Position numbers and translations under genes: made by a program
From: Azolla caroliniana
Lineage: Eukaryota > Plantae > Polypodiophyta
Assembly (NCBI GenBank): GCA_043228905.1
Contig: JBHGNT010000014.1
Coordinates: 14,198,001-14,262,000 of the forward strand
Direction: 5' to 3'
DNA length: 64,000 bases
Shown: positions 12,801 to 24,683 of the stretch, in pieces
How the letters are laid out: each line of letters begins with the position of its first letter
Numbering within the stretch: the stretch's first letter is position 1
The notes under the pieces: model-generated
Told to the model about the DNA's origin: nothing
Seen by the model: only the letters and a program-made list of their open reading frames with translations
Databases searched by the model: none

Positions 12801-13878
12801 TTGACTCCTTCATGACCGATCAAGGGTACCACAAGACGCAGGCTGATCACTGCGTGTTTGTGAAGAAATTCGAAGGAGGCGACTTCCTGATACTCCTTCT
12901 ATACGTGGATGACATGTTGATCGTCGGTCGGGACCAAGTCAAAATACGAATGCTAAAGAAGGCTCTCAACCGAACCTTCTCAATGAAAGACTTGGGTCCG
13001 GCAAGACAGATGCTGGGGATGCATATCATCCGGAACCGGCCAATGAAGCAATTGTGGCTGTCACAGGAGAAGTACGTGACAAAGGTGCTTCACCGGTTCA
13101 ACATGTCAAAGGCGAAACCGGTCGGATCGACACTTCCGGCAAACTGCAGGCTATTCGGTAAGCAAAGCCCAAAGACGAAAGCAAAGAAGGCGGATATGAT
13201 GAAGATTCCATATGCCTCTGCCGTCGGGAGCTTGATGTACGCAATGGTGTGTAGCCGACCGGATATAGGATACGCAGTCGAAGTGGTGAGCCGGTTTATG
13301 AGCAATCCCGGCAAGGAGCACTGGAACGCGGTCAAATGGATACTCCGGTATTTGAAGGACACTTCAAATATGTGTCTCTGATTCGGCTCCGGAAGACCTC
13401 AACTTGACGGTTTCACCGACTCGGACATGTCGGCTGACATGGATACCAGCCTGTCTACATCCGGGTATGTAATGACATATGCAGGGGGAGCTGTCTCGTG
13501 GCAGTCGAGGCAACAGAAGATGGTTGCATTGTCAACCACGGAGGCGGAGTACATGGCGGTTGTGGAAGCCGGCAAGGAAATATTATGGATGAAGGACTTC
13601 ATCAGAGAGCTCGGTATCCGGCAAGATGAATACCGACTCTATTGCGACAGTCAATGTGCATCCATCTTGCTAAGAATGCGGCCTACCATTACCGGACGAA
13701 GCATATCCAGCGTAGATATCACTGGATCCGGGAAAGAGTAGATGACCAGGAGTTCGCACTGACGAAGATCCACACGACCGAGAACGGGTCAGATATGCAG
13801 ACCAAAGTGCTGATACCCGGCAAGCTGGATGCATGCCGGAAGAGGATCGGACTAGTAAGACATCCCATGCCAGAGTGA
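9833..13878 (+). pseudogene. Copia B gag-pol pseudogene
   Basis: Zn knuckle CFYCGKPGHFQKNC, protease WVVDSGAS, integrase (VRVDNGGEY, NGLAERMNRT), RT (LYVDDML, PYASAVGSLMYAM), RNase H (ALSTTEAEY). Several in-frame stops and a frameshift. Confidence 0.95.
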
Positions 13879-13948
13879 AGGGGGAGATTGTTGGGAGACA
13901 GGTCCCTCCGGATGGGAAGGGAAAAGAACAGTGCTGAAACCGTATGAT

Positions 13949-14152
13949 GAGTACCCGGCTATGGAGAGCCGGATGGTGCAGACCCGGTGAGAACCGGATA
14001 AGGAGTACCCCACTACGGAGAGCCGGATGGTGCAGACCCAATGAGAACCGGATGAGGAGTACCCGGCTACGGAGAGCCGGATGGTGCAGACCCGGTGAGA
14101 ACCGGATGAGGAGTACCCGGCTACGAAGAGCCGGATGGTGCAGACCCGGTGA
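13949..14152 (+). repeat. 54-bp tandem repeat (about 4 copies) in U3 of the copia B LTR
   Basis: Unit gagtacccggctacggagagccggatggtgcagacccggtgagaaccggatgag starting at 13949, 14003, 14057 and 14111. Confidence 0.9.
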
Positions 14153-15092
14153 GGAGTGCTCACCGGATGAAGAGACATATTCGTAAATATGTTTCTGAGA
14201 GTCCATCGAGGCTACATTTGTAAATAACCGAAAAGTCATATTAGTATAAATATGACTTAGGGCAAACTTTTAGTTTGTTGTTGTCATTCTTGTTGGTGCA
14301 AGAAGGAGAGAGCGCGTAACTGTGTACAAAGAGAGAGAGAGAGAAAGAGGTCGTTGCCTCTGTTGTAACCGCCGCCTGTGGTGAGGATCGTGAGCACGAT
14401 GTCGAGGTATTCCTCGCAGATGCGTGGAATGAGGCGGGACCTCGGGGGTCCTGTACCGAAGAGCAAGAGAGAAAGGAGAAGAGACCCACTACGTGCGAGA
14501 GTAGATTCACAGGGACACGGCCCTGCGACACAAAGAAGCGAGTGGGATAGCGACACAGAGAGACACGAATGTATGTATGTATTAACAAAGACAAACAACC
14601 AAAACACGAAGTCGGTTACAACCGAACAGGCCGGCGAATAGATGTTGGTACCTGTTCGTAAACGCACAGAGATGAAGGAGTAGGTTGGAGGTGCTGCCGG
14701 AAGCACTCTGGCATTCCTCAGAGCAGCGCGAGCCTCCCGAAACCTGCACAGAAGGAAGCTATGGAGTTTGCGAACCAGAGAGAGAGAAGCCTTCGCACCC
14801 AAACCGACAGCACTTCGTCCTCGACTCTCCGCGATCCCTTTCCCCTCCTCGTCTCACTCCTTTTATAGGCAAGGAAGGAGTCGTTTCCCCTTTACTTCCT
14901 ACCTACCGAATCTGCCCGCCTAGGATCTCCTATGTACAACATAAGGCGCACGTGCATGAAGAGCCGGTTCCTACGCTCCGGTGCACCGATTCCGCTTGTG
15001 GACGGTTTTCTTCACGACATCCGCCCCCACCTAACCGCGCATCCACCGGCATGCGCCAAATTGAGTTGGGACGGAGAAAACCGGTCCAGCCT

Positions 15093-18000
15093 TTATTCCC
15101 CACTCGTCGGTTCTTCTTCGGTTTCGGATCGTCCGTCGTCCCGGTCCAGGTTATCCGGATCCGGCTCGTCATCGTGACGCTTCTTGAACGTTTTGATCCG
15201 CTTCCCAACTACCGGTACCGCCATTCTCGTGCCGTCGAGTTCCGCCAGATGGTACGTCCCGTTGTCGTTGGCGCTTTGTACCACGTAAGGCCCGAACCAC
15301 CTTCTTGCAAACTTCCGTGTCGCTCGGTGCTGGTTGTCGAGGCTGCTGTCGTAGACTAGCACCCAATCGCCTTCCTCGATCTTCTTCGGTCGGAGCCGGT
15401 GCGTCCGGTCGAACCGGGCTTTGTTCCTCGTCCTGGCCACCCGAAGCTTTTCCGCAGCCTGCTCCACGTCCTCCGGTCTCCGCTCGAGCTATCGTATGCA
15501 CGCCGTCAACAGTTCCTCCCGGCTCATCTCGTCTCTCCAGTCCACGGTTGCCCGTGAGGAGATCGTATGTTCGATTGGCATGATCGGCTTCTGCCCAAAC
15601 ATGAGCTCTGCCGACATGAATCCAGTTACCGAATTGTGCGTAGTCCGGTCAGCCCACAACGCGTAAGGCAGTAGCCGCGGCCAGTTCCCGACTTGACCTC
15701 CGCATGCCCGAACTAACGCCTTGACAATCGGTCCGTGTCCACGCTCCACCTTTCCATTCGCCTCCGGATTGTACGCAGTGGTAAGCGAGAGCTTGACTCC
15801 TAGCCGGTCGAACAGCTCTTCGGCTTCTTCGGCGTCCAACTCCCCGCGATCAGCCACGATCTTCCCGACGCACCCGTACCGGCATATCACGTCCTCGATC
15901 AGGAACCGACATACGGCTGCGGTCGTTTTGTTCTGAAGGGCTCGGCCTTCTACCTGGTTCGTCAGATCTTCCCGGGCCAGGACTAGATACCGCATCTGTC
16001 CTACTCCCATCGGCATCGTCACCAGATCTACCATCCATTTGAAGTGGATGGTCGGAGGGTACGTAGGGTGAAGCTCGTCCCGATGTCGGACTAGGGAGTG
16101 CATCTGACAGCTCTCGCAAGTTGTCACGAACCGATGCACGTCCCGGTACAGTCCCGGCCACCAGTACTTCCCCTTTATCTTCTCGAACGTAGCCCACGTT
16201 CCACGGTGTCCAGCCCAAGGTCTGTCGTGGTAGGCCGTCAGCAGCTCCTCCTGTTCTTCCTTCATCGCCACCACCCGGAGCGGGACGCCGTTCCTCTTCT
16301 TTGGGTGCTTCCATAAATGTCCGTCCCGGAGGAAGAATCGGTATGCTTTCTTCCGGATCCGGTTAGCCTCGTCCCTCGTCCATGACGCATCCGGCGTCAT
16401 TGTCCTCAGAAACCCACCGATCTGCAGCCACTCGCCGTCGTACTTGCTCTCGTCGAACCCATTAAGTGCCGGAGTGCTCGCCCCATCGGTCGTCACGTAC
16501 GCCGCCTCGAAGAAGTCCACGCCGATTTCTTCGTCCTCCGAAACCATGCCGCCCTCGTCATCAAACCTCGCCCTCGAAAGCATGTCGGCCATGGCGTTGT
16601 CCTTTCCGGAAATGTGTCGTATCTCCGGGTCCAGGGACTTGATGTACGCTATCCACCTGAGCATCGCCAGGTCCGGTGTCGCACATCCGGAAACCATGCC
16701 GAGAATCGGCAAGCAATCCGTCTCGATAATCACTTCTGTCCCGATAAGGTAGTCTTTGTCCGCCTTTACCGCCGAAACGATACCCCAAAGTTCGCGTTTA
16801 ACCTGGGCGTACCCTCGCTGTCGCTCACTGAGGACCTTAGTGCCGAATCGGATCGGGAACCGGGTGCCGTCCTCATCTTCTTGGTTGACGACCCATCCGA
16901 TCCCGGTCGGGCTCGTATCCACTGATATGTATACCGGGGTACCCTTCTCGTAGACAGCCTTCCGGAGCGCCGGTGCTGCCGCAAGAGCTTCCTTCAGCTT
17001 CCGGACCGACTCCGTGTGCTCGTCTCGCCACTCGAATCTTTGCCCCTTCTTCAGCAACCCGTATAGTGGCTCCGCAAGGTGGGCGTAATGCGGGATCCAT
17101 ATGTGGTAGAACGCGCATGCCCCCAGGAACCTCCGAACTTCCGTAACCGAGCTACAGTCGGTCTTCATCGCGGAGATGGCTTCTACCTTTGCCGGAGACG
17201 GCTTCCGGCCATATGGTCCACATAGGTGCCCGACCACCAGGATTTCTGATTGCCCGAAGGCCGATTTCTCCCCGGAGAAGGTGAGCCTCGCATCCTCTAG
17301 CCTATGTAGCACCTTCTCGCAGTCGTCGATGTGTGTTGCTACGAATCGCCGGCATCCGTCCGGCCCGAGTGTCTCGTCCTTCTCTTCCACCGGGCACCCC
17401 TTGATAGGGATGTCGTCTAGAAACAGCATGGTGATGTCCGGGATGCAATCCCTCAGTACTTTGTTCATTGCATTCAGCATGTGGGCCACCGAGTTGGTCC
17501 CTCCTTGTGGCAGGGTACACATTCGCACTAGGCCGAGGGAAGTTCGCATCGTCGTAATGTCTCTGCTCTCCACGGCTAGCTGGAACTGGTCGTACCCCGA
17601 GTACAGATCACCGACCGAGTACATCAACCTTCCGGCGAAGGCCTCCGCGAACTCGTCTATGGTCGGTCCGATTCCTGCGTTCCGGATGGTCACTCTGTTG
17701 ACCGGCTGCAGGTCCTGAATGAAGCGCAATGTTCCGTTTTTCTTTGGTACAGTAAACCATCGGTTCGAGTATGGCGCGCTCGACTATTCGAGAATACCCA
17801 TATCGACTTTCTGCCTCAATAGCTCCATCAACTTCGGGATGTGAGCTCTCGGTACTGGAATCGGCTTGAGATTCCACGGTACATGCGGTACTATGAATAT
17901 CACCATCGGCTCCACGATCATCGGGTCTACGCACCCGATCTCTTCCGGTGAGAATGCGAAGGCTTTCCCGTGCCTTCCGACCATTCTCCGAAACCGGTCT

Positions 18001-20683
18001 TCCTCCGCCGGCAGTAGGAACCCGCCCCCACCGATTTTGAGCTCCCGGAGCGTTCCGTCGGTGAAGGTGTGTCCTATGCAGGCCGGATCTCGTAAACTGG
18101 GGTCCGACGCCACCCCTCTGATTCGGGACTCGCTGCCCTCCGGCAAGGGTGCCGCGACTGGCCTTACCTTCTGGTCCACAGTCTTGTACCTCGTGCTAAC
18201 TCGGGTCGTCCGATCCAGCCCGAGCCCCCGACTGAAGTTCGCGATGACTTCGTACATCTCTTCGGAACATACCGGTATCGTCCGGTCTTCGTTAAGGTCT
18301 TCTCCGGCTACCTTCCTCAACATTCCCAAGGTTTCGTCGAAGGAGACCGCCTCCACGGCTCCGCTGATTTCCTCGTCCGGGCCGAGAACTCCGCACGCTC
18401 GAAGTCGCACTTCCGCCCTTGTCTTTTCTCGGCCGACGATGCCGACTATCATACACCCTCCATTGTCGGAGAAGCAAAATCCCCTACCTATCGTACAGTC
18501 GTGGGGACTTTCCCAAGTGTCCGGACTGTCTCGGCCCCACGCCTTAGCAGCCCTCTCTAAAAATCCTCCCTGTTCTCGCCACCGAGGGATTCGCGGTTTC
18601 GCTCGTGGTTCGGTCGCACCGTCAGAAATTGGACCGAATGGCGCCCGTCCTGGCTTTTGACCCTCGCATAGGCCGAACCGTTGTCCAGCACCTTGGTCTC
18701 CATTCGCGCCGCCGTGATGTATGGTTCCCCTAATATGACCGGGTGCGAGGACGTCTCCTATACGAAGAAGTGTTGGTCAACCTCGACGTCGCCGATCTTG
18801 ACTCGCACGTTCGGGCAGGCCCCATGCAGTTCCTCGGTGGCGCACGTCGCCGCCCGTATCTTCCACCCGTGCTTGGTGTTGATCGGCCACTTCCCCTTCT
18901 TATAGAAGTCCATGGACATCAGGTTTATTTCCGAACCGTGGTCCACCAATGCCACCACCGGTTCCTGAACATCTCTGATCTTTACCGGGGTCTCCGTGGT
19001 CGCTCGGGCCCAGTGTGGCCTCGAATAGTGGCTCTCCGCCCACTCGTCTTCCATCGCCATGTCGTCGATGTGTGTTGTCCGCACCTCCACCGGTCTTTCC
19101 GGTTCCGTCTCCGTCGACAGCCTCTTCCGTTTCACCAGGTCCACAATGGAGTCGTGGAACTCCTTCTTGGCGATCCCTAGCACCTCTCGCAATGACAACT
19201 CCACATTGCTGTCAAGGATCCGTTCTTCTAGGACCTTTCGTAGGTTTGTAGTCCTTTCTATTTCCGTCCCCAGTCGGTATCCGCCCTTCCTGGGGTTATC
19301 TTGCGGGCTGGACCCACCGGCATCGTTCCGTCGTTGCCCGAATCGGGTCTCGTACCGTTGTGAGGGCCCATCCACTCCGGTTTTCCCCACCCGTTTTTCT
19401 TCAACCAGAGCCTCGTAGTTCCGGCAGGCGGCTTCTACAAAGCCCGTCTTCTCCTCGACCGGATCGCTCCACCCGGTTATTTCCCGGACCCGTCTCTCAG
19501 TGCGGTCCATTTCATCTTTCCTTAGCCGTGCGCCGGCAAGACCTTCCAGCATTGCCGACCAGAATCCGTCTTTGCCCTCCTTTCGGGCCTCGCTGCCCCC
19601 GACCCGAATGTTGGCCGACGCCGAGTAGTGGATGGCCTCCACGTGTCGAGCCGCTGCCTCTTCCATCAGTCTCTCCATTCCTCCTCGCCCGTCGTTTCGG
19701 TTCAGGGCCCTCCTGGTGTCGCCGGCGTGCACCCGGCCATCCCACAGGTACACCACCCGGTTCCTCAACGCCTCTGCAAAATCGCCGCAGTCCTTCCGAA
19801 TGTGGCCGACCTCGTCGCACCACATGCACTTGTTCCCCGCTGCCGGCCGTCGGTCACGAGCCGGTTCGCCGCCTTCCCTTCGAGTCTGGGCGATCTGGAG
19901 ATCCTTTATCGCCCGCGTCAACTCCTCCAGCGCTGCTCCTCCGGACGAGCCATTGACCATGCCGGTCGAAGCCGGACCGGTTTCGAGCCATTCCCGGGTT
20001 TCTTCCCTTCGCACTTGCGGCGCCGGTTCAAGCCTCCTTGCTGTGACAGAGCCCGCACCGGCCGCCCCGTTGTCAGCCCATTCTCGCCGTTTATCGAAAC
20101 GGCCATAGACTCTCTTAACCGCAGCCCAGTCGGTCGTCAACCCGTCTTTGGTTTCCAGCAAGGGGCCGACTTGATCCCGGTCCCGCTCGTCCACCGACTT
20201 GACGAACAGTAGGACCCGGCTCGTATCCAGAACGGTTCAGTCAAGCGTCGAAAGGCGCGCAAAGCGTTCTTCGAACTCCCGGAGGAGTGTCGTCGCATTT
20301 CTTCCGTTGCCGGGGGACTCCACCCATTCCATGAAGTCCCGTTTCGAAAGCCGGAGCGCGTCGTCCAGCCCGTATTTTTCTAGGAGTCGGCCTTCGAACT
20401 CCTCCCAGGTACGGCTCTCCGCCCGCACCTCGAGCACCTCCGCATGGATGCTCGGCATCGCCACTCAAGGAAACCCGGCAAGACGCCTCTCTTCCGGAAT
20501 GTCCCGCATCAGCATTTCTGCCCCGTAGGACGCCAAATACTTCGTGGCATCCTTTCCGCTGAACCGGCCGATCGTACCGACGACCGCCTCAATGGCTCTG
20601 TCGAGGGCACCGGAGCCCTCGCGTGCGCTCAATATCCGATCCACGGCCGAAGCCATGGCCTCCGCAAGATCCGACCCTTTCAT
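15093..20683 (-). pseudogene. Gypsy gag-pol pseudogene
   Basis: gag (GRFSGKDATKYL; Zn knuckle CMWCDEVGHIRKDC), protease ALVDHGSEINLM, RT (DLYSGYDQ, LPQGGTNS, FLDDIPIKG), RNase H (DTSPTGIG, ETDCLP), integrase (H-H-C-C, ADRGE, NGKVERGH, RWFGPY). Several premature stops. Confidence 0.94.
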
Positions 20684-20705
20684 CTTCTGCTCTTCTGCCG
20701 CCTCC

Positions 20706-20723
20706 TTCACGTCGGGTTCATCA
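20706..20723 (-). promoter_or_regulatory. Primer binding site, tRNA-Trp
   Basis: TGATGAACCCGACGTGAA, a 17/18 match to the complement of the plant tRNA-Trp 3' end (TTCACGTCGGGTTCACCA), 4 nt from the LTR. Confidence 0.85.
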
Positions 20724-22683
20724 AAGATGTCGAGGTATTCCTCGCGGATGCGTGGAATGAGGCGGGACCTCGGGGGTCCTGTACCGAAGAGCAAGAGAGA
20801 AAGGAGAAGAGACCCACTACGTGCGAGAGTAGATTCACAGGGACACGGCCCTTCGACACAAAAAAGCGAGTGGGACAGCAACACAGAGAGACACGAATGT
20901 ATGTATGTATTAACAAAGACAAACAACCAAAACACGAAGTCGGTTACAACCGAACAGGCCGGCGAACAGATGCCGGTACCTGTTCGTAAACGCACAGAGA
21001 TGAAGGAGTAGGTTGGAGGTGCTGCCGGAAGCACTCGGGCATTCCTCAGAGCAGCGCGAGCCTCCCGAAACCTGCACAGAAGGAAGCTATGGAGTTTGCG
21101 AACCAGAGAGAGAGAAGCTTTCGCACCCAAACCGATAGCAGTTCGTCCTCGACTCTCCGCAATCCCTTTCCCCTCCTCGTCTCCCTCCTTTTATAGGCAA
21201 GGAAGGAGCCGTTTCCCCTTTACTTCCTACCTACCGAATCTACCCGCCTAGGATCTCCTATGTACAACATAAGGCGCACGTGCATGAAGAGCCGGTTCCT
21301 ACGCTCCAGTGCACCGATTCCGCTTGTGGATGGTTTTCTTCATGACAACGAGGTCGTTGCCTCCGTGAACTCACTGTTGTACATTCTAACATAGTGATAG
21401 TTTGCAGCTTGTGGGCTGCCGTGGTTTTCCCTTAGTTTGGGTTTTCCACGTAAACATCCTGCGTACTCGTCTCTTCTTCGTGTCGTTCATTATTTCCCGT
21501 TTTCTGTGTATGATTCTAAACTCGGTTGTGGCCGAGCGTTGCGTATAGGGAGCGTGAAGTTCTTGTCATTGTATCAAAATCTGGGTTTTCCGAAAGGGCC
21601 GAGAACGGTGAGACTTCCGGAGAACTTGGAGGGGTAGCAATATCAGGACTGATATGTGACTGTGAGTCTAGGATTACTAATGGTGAGATTGGCGATTTCG
21701 GGGACGAATGCAGTGTGAGCACAGAATCGGCTGTCTCCTCGGCAGGCTCGGTGCGGCAAGATGATGGCTGAGAGCAAGTGCTTCTATTGGGCGTTGTACT
21801 GGCGATTGGGATTACCACCACGTGAGTTCGTTGTGCTACACAACGTGAACCGGGCATGCCAAATTGTGTTTCCTTCCTCTCCGAAGGCGACACCTTCAAT
21901 TCCTAACCGGAAGTGGACCAAAGGATTGTGGTACGTGGTGGTCAGATTGCTTTTACGAACGGGATGACATCATACAGATTATGTAAGAGTAAACTGCGAC
22001 TTATGCATACACGATAGCGAGAGATAGGTTACTTAACAACTATTAAAAGCGAACAATAACACAAAATAGACCCAACACTATTTAGATTACGAAATGAGTA
22101 ATGATTACAGTTACACGGCTATCTGCCGAAATGTATTAGATACACTGTTGTATGATTAATTATGTAATAACCTCAGACTTCGCTCCTATATAGCCCTTTT
22201 CCTTCCATCTGATGCTTCTTTATATAGATGTTCCTTGGTGCACTCCTCCTTCCACATTTTCGGCTGTGTTTATTTTGGTTTCTTCTGATTGCTTTCGGTT
22301 GTTTACTTACTGCTACCTAATTCCTATTACGATTATCATATGTTACTATTTTGGCCCATGGACAACACCTAGCATGCCCGTGGGACAGTGCCTTGGAACG
22401 TTGAACCCATCAAATCGAAATTTCCCATTCGTAAAGAGGTTGTTAAAATTAATTCAGTATATATTATAGTTAATCCTGGGTCAAAATGTGGAGGATTCCC
22501 TCTGTGTTTGATTGTCACATCCTTTGGAATGGTCGCGGGGTCGGGTCGTGGTGCGCTGGTGTTTTCGACCAAAATGTTTGTTGCAAGCTCCTTTTCGTCG
22601 TTGCTCAGGAATATCGGGGAGGTTGGGGTGTGGTTGTCTAGCTTCATCGGTCGTTCGTTGATTGCGGCAGGTTTTACATAGGA

Positions 22684-24180
22684 TGTGCTCAGTGAGCACT
22701 TCTATACAAGTCCATACGAACTAACACAAGTACTGACGCGTACTTCAATGCTCATAAGTGAGCTCTACACTAACTCCCAAAATGTATTCCTACGCGGAAT
22801 ATCTTCCCAACGGCCTCACGGTTTACGCACTGTTGCGGCTTCTCGTTGCGTACCAGTTTGCGCACCGGTTTACGCACCCAGTTTTCGCACCGGTCCGGCC
22901 TAACCGATCGGCCCCAACCGATCCGGTTCTCGGCTGCACAGCCGATCCGGCCAATGTTGAGCTTGTACCTCAACACTCCCCCTCAAGCTCAACTTGAGGT
23001 TCCATCTGCTCTTCCGGATCTATGCTCCGGTTCCTTCTGGCTTCACGCCTCGCTCGTGCTCCTCGACATGTTCGATTCCGCACGCCTCGACCCATACGGT
23101 CGATTTGTCTGCTCACACAGCCCTTCTCAGCTTCCTTGTTGTTGCGGTGTTGGCACCTCTTCTGCTGCCTTCTCTTCCGCTTAGACCTTGGTTGATTCAA
23201 CGTATCCGAATCAAACATCCGAACTGACTCGGCTTCCTTCGATTGGTTTTCACTCTCGTCCGAGTTGGCTGTCTCCAACTCATCCTTGGTCTTCTCGCCC
23301 TTGGTTTGCTTCGGGTCTTTCTTTCGACTACTCCCCTTATGTCTGCTTTCAGATTCTTCCGCGGGTCCGCCCTCGGCTTCTTCAACCGATCTGAAATCGA
23401 ATTCGTCATCCGACTCGTTGTCGCGGTCTTCATCTTCCGGAACTTCTCTCCCTCTTCCGTGGTCATTCAGGACGTCTCTCCCCCTCAAGTTTGGCACATC
23501 AAGGTGACGCAAACCAAGCGCACCCAAGAATTGTCGCGACTTGACCAAACCAAGAGGCTTGGTGAAGATGTCGGCGTTGTGCCAATCCGTCGGAACATAC
23601 TGAAGTTCGACTTCACCAGAGAGGACACACTCACGGACGAAATGGTAGTGCACCTCAATGTGCTTAGTCCGGGCATGGAAAATGGGGTTCTTTGCGAGCT
23701 GGATACTGTTGAGGTTGTCGTAGTAGATTGTCGTTGGATCGGATACCTCCACCTGCAGATCCTGAAGTAGCAGCTTCAACCAGATGGCTTCACATGTCGT
23801 GACAGCCGCTTCTCTATACTCGACTTCGATGCTCGACAGCGCAATTGTCGGCTGCTTCTTGCGAACGCGAAACCGGACGTAGATCGACGATCACCGGTGT
23901 TTCCGGCCCAATCAACATCGGTGTAACCGACCAGCGGCGCGGCAGTATCGGCCCGATATAATAGCCCCCGGTCCTTAGTGCCTCTGACGTATCGGAGTAC
24001 GCGTTGTGCGCACTGAAGGTGCTCCTCGGTCGGTCACGCCATGAACTGACTGATCACCCCGACCGAGCAGTTGAGATTTGGTCGGGTGATGGTCAAGTAT
24101 ATAAGGCTTCCGACTATTTGTCAAGACCTCGTTGGGTCGCATACCTTTCCGGAATCGGGGCGAAGCTTGACCATGGAAGC
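22684..24180 (-). mobile_element. Truncated copia C (RT end, RNase H, 3' tail, partial 3' LTR), related to family A/E
   Basis: KHIEVHYHFVRE and ADIFTKPL in ORF 22970-23779. PPT at 22976-22986. The LTR starts TGTTGAGG at 22975 (minus) and resembles the A LTR; its distal end is uncertain. Confidence 0.88.
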
Positions 24181-24235
24181 TACCTCGTTGGGTCGCATAC
24201 CTTTCCGGAACACTGGTTGTAGTATACAATATTGT

Positions 24236-24683
24236 GGAGCCCTGGAAGCTACAGAAGCTAGAGATAGAACAATGTTTGGATATCCAAGAAAATGAACATT
24301 TAGACAATATTGTATACTACAACCAATGTGAGGACTTGGCAATATTATTGGAAGTTGGAGATAATTTTGCGGTGCTCAAAACTCCTCAAAATGAAGATTT
24401 TGAAGACTACTACATTGTGGTGTGCAAGCAAGGAAATACAATATTGGAAGAAGTCCTGAGGGATGGCTGGGGCAACATGTGAAATGTTGGTGAGTCTATC
24501 GTGTATGGCAACTACTATGCAAAGTTGCCACAATGCAAGAACACATATGCATTGTTAAAAGATGCACCCACCGCAATAATCTATGTTGATGCCATTATCG
24601 CAATCAAGTTCAAAATGACTCAAGCAAAGCACAAGGTTAAGGGATACAACACTGTCTACAAAGTCCCCCAAAGGGGTACATGA
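24236..24683 (+). pseudogene. 3' fragment of a probable DNA-transposon ORF
   Basis: Two in-frame ORF pieces separated by one stop (GDNFAV..YYIVVC..DGWG..GNYY..KFKM..HKVKG..VYK), 5'-truncated at the junction with copia C. Family assignment is from recall only. Confidence 0.4.

Larger units (their letters stand above)
14400..21347 (-). mobile_element. Full-length Ty3/gypsy element (decayed), tRNA-Trp primed, no chromodomain seen
   Basis: 620-bp LTRs at 14400-15019 and 20728-21347 with about 19 differences by eye. 4-bp TSD ACGA at 14396-14399 and 21348-21351. PPT around 15020-15034 and PBS at 20706-20723. Domain order gag-PR-RT-RH-INT. Confidence 0.96.
9560..21568 (+). mobile_element. Ty1/copia element B (Tnt1/Tork-like); 5' LTR truncated, 3' LTR interrupted by a gypsy element
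   Basis: 5' LTR remnant 9560-9803, PBS TGGTATGAGAGC at 9806-9817, PPT GAAGGGGGAGAT before 13889. The 3' LTR is split into 13889-14399 and 21352-21568 (TGTTGG..TGTCA). Confidence 0.93.

Noticed and set aside
13670-14239. Repetitive ORFs on both strands
   Set aside because: By-products of the 54-bp LTR tandem repeat.
14685-21130. Many overlapping plus-strand and alternate-frame ORFs
   Set aside because: Shadow frames of GC-rich gypsy gag-pol and LTR sequence, with no motifs.
21569-22683. Possible additional LTR or retroelement remnant
   Set aside because: It looks TE-derived, but I could not define termini, PBS, PPT, TSD or a protein motif.
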